Assembly (NCBI RefSeq): GCF_006345805.1
Contig: NC_043009.1
Coordinates: 70,122,001-70,186,000, forward strand
Direction: 5' to 3'
DNA: 64,000 bases
From: Octopus sinensis
Lineage: Eukaryota
Shown one piece after another: positions 12,505-22,030 of the stretch. The first letter of the stretch is position 1, and each line of letters opens with the position of its first letter. The translations under genes were made by a program, and so were the position numbers. Below the pieces are notes generated by a model. The model made no database searches, had not been told where the DNA came from, and saw only the letters and a program-made list of their open reading frames with translations.

Positions 12505-12635
12505 CCCTCGGGGTCGACTTTCCCTTTTATCTCTTTATGGTCGATAAAATAAGTACCAGGTGAGCATTGAGGCCGATGTAATCAACTTGGCACCCCCCGG
12601 AACTGCTGGCCTTGTGCTAAACTTTGAAATCAATA
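12505..12635 (+). mobile_element. SINE family A, partial
   Basis: gggtcgactttcccttttatctctttatggtcgataaaataagtaccagg...gctggccttgtgctaaactttgaaa. Confidence 0.8.
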
Positions 12636-13155
12636 TTAACGAAATTTTACCAGCTTTACCACGCCCTCCAGTACCAAAACCAGCATAATTACCATTAGCT
12701 CGACTGCTTCTGCTGCTGCCGCTGCTGCTGCTACTACCTAATATTGCTGTAGGGTTGGATTATTTTGGATGAAGTGATTGTGATAAGAATCTCACACACA
12801 CACACACAACGCGCAACACTCGCCGGGCAGAGAAACGCACAGAAACGTCCGCACATACACATTCGCATTGACACATAAACACACACACATGCACGCACTC
12901 ACTCTGTCTGTCTGTCTGTCTTTCATACACACACACACAGAAACTATCATAAAAAACCCATTAACAAAGACACAGGCACGAAACGTTCACGCAAAAACAC
13001 ACACACACACGTATATACACTTAAACGCACACATAGAGCACACAAACACACACATACAAACAAACAGTGACAGTTACAAGCACATACACTGCGTAATCAA
13101 ATCTACACACACACACAAACACACACATACAAACACACACAAACCACACACACAC

Positions 13156-13465
13156 AAACACTGATACATTATCCCACAGCACTCGCTGACACCCACGTAT
13201 ACCCAGCCTCACATACGGCCACCCCCACTCACACATAGACACATGCAAAGACACTCCCAGACCTGACTCTCACTCAACTATACACACAACACACACACAC
13301 CACACACACAAACACTGATAATTATCCCACAAGCACTCGCTGACACCCACGTATACCCAGCCTCACATACGGCCACCCCCACTCACAAATAGACACATGC
13401 AAAGACACTCCCAGACACTGACTCTCACTCAACTATACACACACACACACACACACAACACACAC
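13156..13465. repeat. Tandem duplication, 154-bp unit x2
   Basis: Unit aaacactgata..atcccacagcactcgctgacacccacgtatacccagcc...ctcactcaactatacac starts at 13156 and 13310; copies differ by a few 1-2 nt indels or substitutions. Confidence 0.9.
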
Positions 13466-13569
13466 ACCGAGCCGCGATGACAATGAAACAATGCCGACGG
13501 CAAACAACGAAATCAGCGATCAAAGCAGTTATCACTTTCACACATTTTCTCTGATTTTGTTACTGTCGT

Positions 13570-13578
13570 CATCCTTGT

Positions 13579-13609
<31 letters not shown>

Positions 13610-13665
13610 GGTAATAGTGATGATGATGATGATGGTGATGATGGTGGTGATGGTGATGGTGATGG

Positions 13666-13696
<31 letters not shown>

Positions 13697-13765
13697 GACG
13701 ATGATGATGATGATGGTGATGATGATGGTGATGATGATGGTGATAATGATGGTGATGATGATATG
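13570..13765. repeat. (GAT/GGT)n trinucleotide array
   Basis: Directly visible; explains the poly-M/V and poly-S ORFs. Confidence 0.95.
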
Positions 13766-14314
13766 ACTGTTGTTTTTGTTCTTGATGAGATTGCTGTTAG
13801 TTGTGGCGTTGATTTCTGGAGCAGCGCTGGCTTGCTTTTACATTTCTTATCATTGCTGTTGGTGATGCTTATAGTAATGTTGTTGCTGCTGATGATAATG
13901 ATGATGATGGGGAGGAGGAGATTGTTGGTGACGTTACGGTTGCTGCTGTTGTTGTTGCTAGTATAGTTAAGTCGAAGCCAACCCTGATAGTGGCCACCTC
14001 TAAAGACAGTGGAACCCCACACGTGCGGGGGAAAATAACTTCGATCAACTGAGAATGTTCATACAATTAAGAGACAAACGTCTTGTGTCGAGTATTTGAT
14101 GCTCTGAAAACAAAAGCTAAGTGACATGATCACCTCTCCTGTGGCTTTCAATTGATGAGATCGATTGATCGGAAGTTTTGGAGGATTTAGACAAGGCAGA
14201 CACGGGTGGAGGTTGTTTTCAACATAAAAACAAAGGAGTAAATTTACGTTGGATGCAATCGGTCTCTTACTGCTGCTGCTTCTACTACTACTACTAATAA
14301 TAATTTATTTATTT

Positions 14315-14628
14315 ATGCGCCCTTTTCAAGCCTAGCCAGGTTCATGGATTCGGTTTCCCGGTTTCTGTGGCATATGTGTTCCTCCCCTCCCCCAACTGGA
14401 CGGGACGCCAGTCCATCGCAGCGTTATTCAAAAAACAGGAAGAGAAAGTGAGAGAAAGTTGGGGCGAAAGAGTACAAGAGGGGTCGCCACCCCGCCCCTA
14501 TCGGAGCATCGTGGAGCTTTTAGGTGTTTTCGCTCAATAAACACTCACAACGCCCGGTCTGATAATCGAAACAGCGATCCTCCGACCGCGAGTCTGCTGT
14601 CCTAACCACTGGGCCTTTGCGCCTCCAC
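14315..14628 (-). mobile_element. tRNA-derived SINE, family C
   Basis: Minus-strand head gtggaggcgcaaaggcccagtggttaggacagcagactcgcgg with an A box and degenerate B box; a related degenerate copy lies at ~46660-46870. Confidence 0.75.
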
Positions 14629-14675
14629 AATAATAATGATAATAATAATAATAATAATAATAATAATCTTTTCCG

Positions 14676-14870
14676 CTATAGACACAAGGTCTGCAATTTT
14701 AGGGGATGCAGATAGCTGGTTACATCCACGTCAATAGGCAACTGGTACTTATTTTATCGAACCCGCCCTCAAGGATGAAAAGTGACGTCGACCTCGGCGG
14801 AATTTGAACTCACAACGTAGGGCGAACTAAATTCCTGTAACCATTTTGTCCGGAACGCTAACGATTTTCT
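14676..14870 (-). mobile_element. SINE family A
   Basis: Reverse complement of the family core; abuts an (AAT)n tract. Confidence 0.8.
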
Positions 14871-14877
14871 CATCTGC

Positions 14878-15345
14878 TAAGGAGTTACGGAGAATGGAGA
14901 TTGCAAAATCCTGTGGGAAGCAATGATTCAGTGTGACCATCAAATCAGGCATCGGAAGCCTGACATTGTTGTGGTGAACGAATCGACAGAGCACGTCCTG
15001 GTGACAACGGGATCAAAGAGAAAGAAGAAGAAAAAGTGAACAACTACAACGATTTGGAGTGGAAAAACGCAGGTTGTGGCCAATGAAGACAGTGAATGTG
15101 ATTCCAACAATAATTGGCACGCTTGGAAGGATCAACTCTCAACTAACAACATGGCTGAAAAAGATTGGTATAAATGTAAAGATAGGACGCCTACAAAAAT
15201 CAACATTGCTTGGAACTGCAAGAATTCTTCGGAGGCTTCTTGAAGCAAGGCCAGTAAAGGAGTGTCACCTTAGTCAGCTGGCGGAGGACAGCTGACACTT
15301 TCCATCCATACCCAGCGAAATGAGCTGAACGTTTTCATCAGATAA
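14878..15345 (+). mobile_element. R4/Dong-like LINE 3' end (RLE domain plus 3'UTR stem-loop)
   Basis: GVTENGDCKILWEAMIQCDHQIRHRKPDIVVV ... VIPTIIGTLGRI ... LQKSTLLGTARILRRLLE; 3'UTR hairpin gtcagctg/cagctgac 15273-15296. Confidence 0.9.
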
Positions 15346-15349
15346 TAAT

Positions 15350-15708
15350 TATCAAATTTGATAAAGTGCATAAAGAAAAACTTAAAGAGGAAAAGAACAC
15401 AAAAAAGAAGAACAGCATCGAAGGAGAAAAAATGCCGAGTCAGTTTGCAAGAGATACGAAGACGCCAAGACAGATACAGAAGACCGGTGGCTCTGGATGA
15501 AGAGGAGCGACCTGGAAATAGAGACGGAAGTAGTCATGTGCGCAGCTCAAGAAGAAGCATTAAGGACCAACTATGTGAAGTGCAGAATAGACAACACTAC
15601 CGACCGCCACAAATGCAGAATGTGTGGCGTGAGGGGTGAAACGGTATGGCACATCGTTAGCGAATTCCCGAAATTGGTACAACGTGAATACAAAAGAGGC
15701 CGTGACAA
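15350..15708 (+). mobile_element. R4/Dong-like LINE internal fragment (CCHC region)
   Basis: WLWMKRSDLEIETEVVMCAAQEEALRTNYVKCRIDNTTDRHKCRMCGVRGETVWHIVSE(F)PKLVQREYKRGRDN; cut at RDN by a SINE. Confidence 0.9.
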
Positions 15709-15832
15709 TTTATCGACCCGGAAAGGATGAAAGGCAAAGTTGATCTCGGCGGAATTTGAACTCGAAACGTGAAGACGGACGAAATGCCACTAAGCAATTT
15801 GTCCGGCGTGCTAACGGTTCTGCTAGCTAGCC

Positions 15833-15896
<64 letters not shown>

Positions 15897-16108
15897 TAAT
15901 AATAATAATGATAATAATAAAAATAATGGTTACAAATTTTGTCCCCAAGGGGGAGGGGATGAGTCAATTGCAGCGATCCCAGAGTTTCACTGGTACTTAA
16001 TTCATCGACCCCGAAAGGATGAGGCAAAGTCGACCTCGATGAAATTTGAACTTAGAACGTAGCGACAGGCGAAATGCCGCCAAGCATTTTGCCTGGTGTG
16101 CTAACGGT
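15708..16108 (-). mobile_element. Two SINE family A copies (15708-15832, 15930-16108) separated by (AAT)n
   Basis: Both match the reverse complement of the family core. Confidence 0.85.
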
Positions 16109-16216
16109 TCTAATAATAATAATAATAATAATAATGTTGGTTGTCAAACGGTGGTGGAGGACAAACACAAACAGCAAGTACACACATATACATATATATG
16201 TATATATATATATATG

Positions 16217-16360
16217 CCGGGCTTCTTTCAGTTTCCGTTCATCAAATCCATTCACGGGTTTGATCGGAGGCACAGAAGACACTTCAGAAAGTTTTAACAG
16301 TAAGACTGAACCCAAAGTTACATGGGTGGGAAGCAAACTTCTAACCATACTGCCACACCT
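16217..16360 (-). mobile_element. SINE family B, 5' part, degenerate
   Basis: Similar to the head of the 23918-24312 element (gcttctttcagtttccgt...aaatcca...gaaccc...aagcaaacttct.accatac.gccacacct). Confidence 0.65.
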
Positions 16361-16361
16361 T

Positions 16362-16417
<56 letters not shown>

Positions 16418-16519
16418 CTATCTATCTATATCTATCTATCTATCTATCAATCTGTCTATATATAGATGCATGCACACACGTACACATATAAACTTAAATA
16501 CATACATATATATATATAT

Positions 16520-17025
16520 ACTAGCAGTATCGCCCGGCGTTGCTCGGGTTTGTAAGGGAAATAACTATATAAGCATTTTTAGAGAGTTACTTCCTTTATA
16601 GATGCCAATTCGGGCTTTCTTAGCCATTTCTGTTTTGGTGTCTTCAAGCCATGAAGTCATTGTTCTAAAAGAACGCTGGTCTCCTTGACAACGCTTTACG
16701 ACGTTGATTTCCTTACACTCCCTTCCCCACAGCTTCACGAGGGAGGGAAGAAGGGGGAGAAGCAAACAGGTGCAGGTGTGACCATGGACGCCAACTCCGC
16801 CGCCATCGACACACGAAAAATTATGCATTAAATGGAATAAAAAATGATGTTAAAATTTTTTAAAATCGTAGACTCATTGTAGACGCGCGCTAATACTCAG
16901 ACGGGCTCGATATGAATCACGACTATAAGATACCCGAATTTGGTTAAACTGCACCGTAAAATGTGGGAGTAGTTAGGAATCTAAATCGAAGGGGACAGAC
17001 ACTCACACAACTACAGATTTATATA
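16520..17025 (+). mobile_element. Non-autonomous helentron/HINE (DINE-1-like) element
   Basis: Begins ACTAG inside an (AT)n run, followed by the hairpin gcccg-gcgttgct-cgggt (16532-16549); internal core ...ccgaatttggttaaactgc...; GACA-type repeat remnant near the 3' end; ends in ...gatttatatatat; no TSD seen. Confidence 0.6.
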
Positions 17026-17241
17026 TATATTATATATATATTATATATATATATACGTATGTATATATTATATATTATGTATATGTATGTATATATGTTG
17101 TATACGTATGTATATATGTATATATGCTAATTATATATTATATATATAATATATATATATATATAATTATGTATATTTAATATATATATATATTATATAT
17201 ATATATATATAATTATGTATATTTATATATATATTATATAT

Positions 17242-17309
<68 letters not shown>

Positions 17310-17345
17310 GCCATATATACATATATACATACGTATACATCTCAC
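17020..17345. repeat. Imperfect (AT)n array
   Basis: Directly visible. Confidence 0.95.
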
Positions 17346-17741
17346 ACACACACATATGAGAATATGAGTCACAAACGAAACAGCGTACATCTCAATTCAT
17401 TTTATTGAAGCGAAATTCACAAAAAGGTCTCTGTAAAAATTTATCAAATCTTCTTTGCCCAGCAGGCAAAATTCTTTTAATGTAAGTAAACAGAATGTTA
17501 GCGGCCAGTTCGATTAATAAATTGCTTGTCCGTTAATAGTGATGCTGTGATAGATTGCATGATAAATCTGTAGATGTTTATTATTAATCTCTGAGTTTTC
17601 AGAAATATTAATACAACTTGCTTTATGCGAGAGATGAAAAAGACGAATGGTTTCAATTCTTTTGTCATCAGCCATCGAGTACTATCTTCAAGTTTTAACG
17701 CAGATAGCAGTAATGGATGCTTTATCTCTCTCTCTCTCTCC

Positions 17742-17803
<62 letters not shown>

Positions 17804-17888
17804 TTCAAGTACAGAGTAAAGTAAAGAAAAATTAGTAAATACTTGTAGCAGAGCCATAGTTCACTTCCTGCGATAGGATCAGACTTAC

Positions 17889-17921
17889 GTTTTTTGGTCC
17901 TGTTTTGCGCCGTGTTCACAA
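17889..17921 (-). CDS. Candidate 33-nt microexon (unverified)
   Basis: Minus strand: (CT)n pyrimidine tract upstream, tandem acceptor aag/cag, exon ttgtgaacacggcgcaaaacaggaccaaaaaac, consensus donor |GTAAGT. Open in two frames (VNTAQNRTKK or CEHGAKQDQK). Confidence 0.25.
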
Positions 17922-17947
17922 CTGCTTATATTCCAGTTGATTACAAT

Positions 17948-17949
17948 AA

Positions 17950-18013
<64 letters not shown>
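17948..18013. repeat. (GA)n microsatellite
   Basis: Directly visible. Confidence 0.95.
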
Positions 18014-18015
<2 letters not shown>

Positions 18016-19054
18016 GATAGAGTTGTTAGAGAGTGGGATATAATATCTTTCGGCATGTGTTCCAGCTTTGAGCTTTTTGCATTTTGAGATCAAAACTCTC
18101 CGAAATCAACTTTGTCATCCATTTATGGAGATGGATTGACGGACGGTTGAGAGGACGGAACAAGAGACCTTGTCGGATACGTTCTGAGAGCATCAACTGT
18201 GACCAAACTGTATGAGCCTACGGTGCTACTGTGAGATGGTGACACGCAGGCATGGGCGATTGCTGGCTTTCTGAAAAAATTCTAATCCTGGCCCGCGTGC
18301 ACATTTGCAGATGCATAGTTAGCCGAAGCAACGGAGGCTTAAAACATTACAACGGAATTTGTAATTTTAAGTAAACAAATATTACTTCAAAGATGGAACT
18401 TGTCACTTCAAAGTGAGATCGATGATTTCGAAATGAGACTTTGCCACTTCATATTTAGACTAGCGATTTCAAAGAATATCGATTTTATATGAGATTAGCA
18501 CAAGATTTATGTAATAGAAAATATAACACCTAAACTTCATAACATCATTTGTATTGTCAACAATGTGAACTTGCCTGGTTAATTCAAAGATTTTCTCCGC
18601 CAAGTAACGAGGCAAACACTTATCAGCTAGTTATAATAACTTCCAGACTGTTGCGAACTAAATAGGGAAATGGAACACAATGCGAATTCTCTGAGAAATT
18701 TATCTCGCTGTGACTTTGTTACAACTACAGAATTGTTGACTGTTCTTCCTAGCAGGAAAAGTTATGAGTTTTAGCTGACATTTTAAACACTGGCTCGCTA
18801 AGAATCGGTTACACGCGCTAGAAGGTTAAAGCCATATTCTTTCACGAAACACTTATTGGCTTTCCAACGAGAATAGTTATTCTCGAAGATCAATTAGCAA
18901 ATTTATGTCTAAGAACGATAACAGCAAACTGGTCTTTATCCGCAAGCCGGAAAATCCAATTAAATTTCTCATCAAGCTTTTGTCACGTGATAGATCGATT
19001 GTCGTCAGTTACCTCATAGGCCCGTAATTTATACGCAAGTTTCAGATTGCACCA

Positions 19055-19250
19055 ACTGACTGTGTTAAGGAAGTTCCGTTTCGACCTTATTCTGTGTCTC
19101 CTCAGTCAATGTTACCTATTTTCTATTTGGTAGACATCCGCACACTTCAGTCGATAATTTACAGCTAACTCCTAAAAGCCCCACTTTATCGCTCGGGTGA
19201 ATTTGTTTGGTTGAAGAGGTACAGTACATGATAAGGTCGAAATGTTGTCG
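19055..19250. mobile_element. Head-to-head pair of hammerhead-like, Penelope-type remnants
   Basis: Minus strand CUGAGGA-GAC-acagaataag-GUC-GAAAC (19105 to 19078); plus strand uUGAAGA-g..ataagGUC-GAAA-ugutGUC (19211-19249); shared inverted 14-mer cgtttcgaccttat / ataaggtcgaaatg. Confidence 0.5.
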
Positions 19251-19253
19251 TAC

Positions 19254-19293
19254 CTCAAAGTAATTCTTTCTTGGTGAATCACTAAAATGTTTT
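19254..19293 (-). CDS. Candidate 40-nt microexon (unverified)
   Basis: Very strong acceptor ttttttttttgctttttctttcatAG| and donor GAG|GTACGA; reads (E)NILVIHQERITL(S/R). Confidence 0.2.
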
Positions 19294-19718
19294 CTATGAA
19301 AGAAAAAGCAAAAAAAAAAAACAACCTAAAAATCAAAAAACCACCAGTGATCACGTGCTCACGTTCGATATATGAATGGACACGACATTGTTCCTAGTAG
19401 GAGTTTTTCATCGATATCATAGTACATGGTTTTTTTACGTTCCAGTATATATATTATATATATATATATATTATATATATATATATATATATACATGCAT
19501 ATATATGCGTGTGTGTGTTTGTGTGTGTGTATGTGTGTATGTGATGCGGATAATGTCCTCGTAGAATGCTGCGCAAAACTCACAAGTTTGGGCTACCTGA
19601 TGTCATAATATGGTAGAAATGCTCTTCTTACAGGACAGACACCAGAAAATCCACAATATCCGTATAATTTATATCAATAAACGACAGAAAATAGAAGTTG
19701 CGACTTTCTTTATTCTAA

Positions 19719-19822
19719 ATTACTGCAATTATTTCGACGCATTCTCGCATCTGTAGTTCAGAGCTTAGATGCCGCAGTCGTTATCTTACAACCAAGGTGT
19801 AGAATGCGCTTCCTCAGGTGAC
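19719..19822 (-). ncRNA. Degenerate type I hammerhead ribozyme with an enlarged stem II
   Basis: gtcac-CUGAGGA-a-GCGCATTCT...AGAATGCGT-c-GAAA-taattgca-gtaat; stem II 9 bp with an internal hairpin gcatct/agatgc; cleavage triplet decayed (GCA). Confidence 0.55.
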
Positions 19823-20239
19823 TCTTTAAACAAGATCCGTCTATATATTCTCACCATTTTCTCCGTTTTATAATGTTTAACTAGATTGCTGTGCCATTCC
19901 AGCATTTCACAGACAAAACTAAAACCATCGATTCAACGAGAGATACACTTACAATCAAAATACATCGATAAAAGATGGAAAATAGTGATATAGATAATAA
20001 TACAAAACATACTAAAATATGCGTTTGGATATAATTTATCAAACTATTAGAATAAAAGAATTCGATAGAGTTGAAAATAAGGTGAAAGAGAATATGAAAA
20101 AAGTTTGAAGATAATGAAGTGATAAGCAGTTTGGAACTCACCATTTCTAAGACGTCTTCACAGCTATCTTGCGTTCGAAAATTCCTTTATTTTCTGCAGA
20201 ACACACTCGCTGCTTATAAGTTCGTTTACCAAATATATA

Positions 20240-20462
20240 TAACAGTGGATAGGAAAAATTCCTGGCTTGAAAGGTGTCACGAAGAGCCTGGTTGGAGGCC
20301 CAATATTCAGAGTTCTTTTACAGGGCTTAGAAAAACTGAACGACCACTGCAATAAGGTGTATGAATCTGAGAGGAGAATATGTTGAATAAAATCGTAATA
20401 AACTGATCCTCCAGTATTTCTTTTACTCAAAGTCAGGAACTTTTCAGCACCCTCTCGTGCAT
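20240..20462 (+). mobile_element. Mariner-derived MITE
   Basis: TIR remnants gaaaaattcctggctt / aaagtcaggaacttttcagcacc; internal GLEKLNDHCNK..NLRGEYVE* is the mariner transposase C-terminus. Confidence 0.8.
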
Positions 20463-20480
20463 ACATTCATACAGATATAC

Positions 20481-20533
<53 letters not shown>

Positions 20534-20644
20534 AATTCGTTAATATATATATATATTATATATATTACTTGTTATTTATGTTTTGGTTTATGTCTATCAC
20601 TGTTTGAGTTGCATAATAGTGGTTTTATCTCTAATTCATATTTA

Positions 20645-20702
<58 letters not shown>

Positions 20703-20704
20703 TC

Positions 20705-21061
20705 AGTTAATAAATCATATGCCATAGACCAGGATACCAGGTTGTTTATTGGCAAAGCACGTTCACTTTCGCAATCTTCGTTGGGTATTATTGATAGAGA
20801 CGGAAGATGGAAGATACGAGAGGGTTCGTTGATCAATATAATTGTTTCGACCCGTCTAAAATCGATCCCTCACGGGTGGGATACTGCTTTTGTATACAAA
20901 TATCGAGAAGAAATCTTGCAATCACCTGAGGGGACACATTTATACCGTCGGATACACCTAATCCAGATGTTCAAAACCCCAGCCGTAAGGAATTGATGTT
21001 ACATGGGTCGAAACAATTGTAGCGATCAGTGAATGTTCTCGTATCTTCCATTTCCCGTGTC
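20705..21061. mobile_element. Inverted pair of Penelope-like pLTR fragments with hammerhead 3' halves
   Basis: 79-nt arms 20797-20875 and 20983-21061, about 62/79 identical without gaps by manual alignment; ggtc-GAAAC-AATT-GUA on the right arm. Confidence 0.7.
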
Positions 21062-21065
21062 TATC

Positions 21066-21175
<110 letters not shown>

Positions 21176-21274
21176 TATATATATATATATATTATGTGTG
21201 TGTGTGTGTGTATGTATGTATATACATATGTGGGCACAGGATGTGTACGTTTCGTGACGTCCTGTGCTCACATA

Positions 21275-21315
<41 letters not shown>

Positions 21316-21439
21316 CGTATAGATGTATGTATATATACGTGTGTATATATGCATATATATATATATTATTATTAATATTATTATATGATTGAACGCCACG
21401 CATCCTCTTCCAAGTAAGTTTTATCTCTCTCTCTCTCTC

Positions 21440-22030
21440 TCTCTGTTACACACCTACATACACACACATGCATACACACACACACATGTACGCACATACA
21501 CACACATATACACACATACATATATACCTACACACATGCACACACACACACATACGCACATGCATGCATGCATGCACACGCGCACACCTACACGCATGTA
21601 CGCATACATGCATACATGCATACACACACACACGCACGTACACATACATACACACACAAACACATACATACACCCATACACATACATGCATCCTACACAC
21701 ACAGACATACACACTCACACATACATACACACACACATACTCACTCACACACCTGCATGTACGCGCACACACATGCACATACACACACTTCCACACACAC
21801 ACACGTACATACATAAGCACTCATACACATACACACACACACACACGGACACACATCTATACACACACATATACACACACATACTTACATACATTCATCG
21901 GACACACTGACACCCAGACTTACACACAGACACACTCACACATCCACACACATACATACTTACACACGCACTCGCAGGCGCACGCACATACACGCTTGTG
22001 CACGTTCGCGCACGCATACACGCATGCATG
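21440..22030. repeat. Compound (CA)/(TACA)/(CGCA) purine-pyrimidine alternating array
   Basis: Directly visible; source of several spurious His/Thr-rich ORFs. Confidence 0.95.

Noticed and set aside
17641-17675. Minus-strand CUGAUGA..GAAAC-cauuc-GUC hammerhead-like string
   Set aside because: Stem II has only 2 A-U pairs and stem I only wobble pairs; likely chance.
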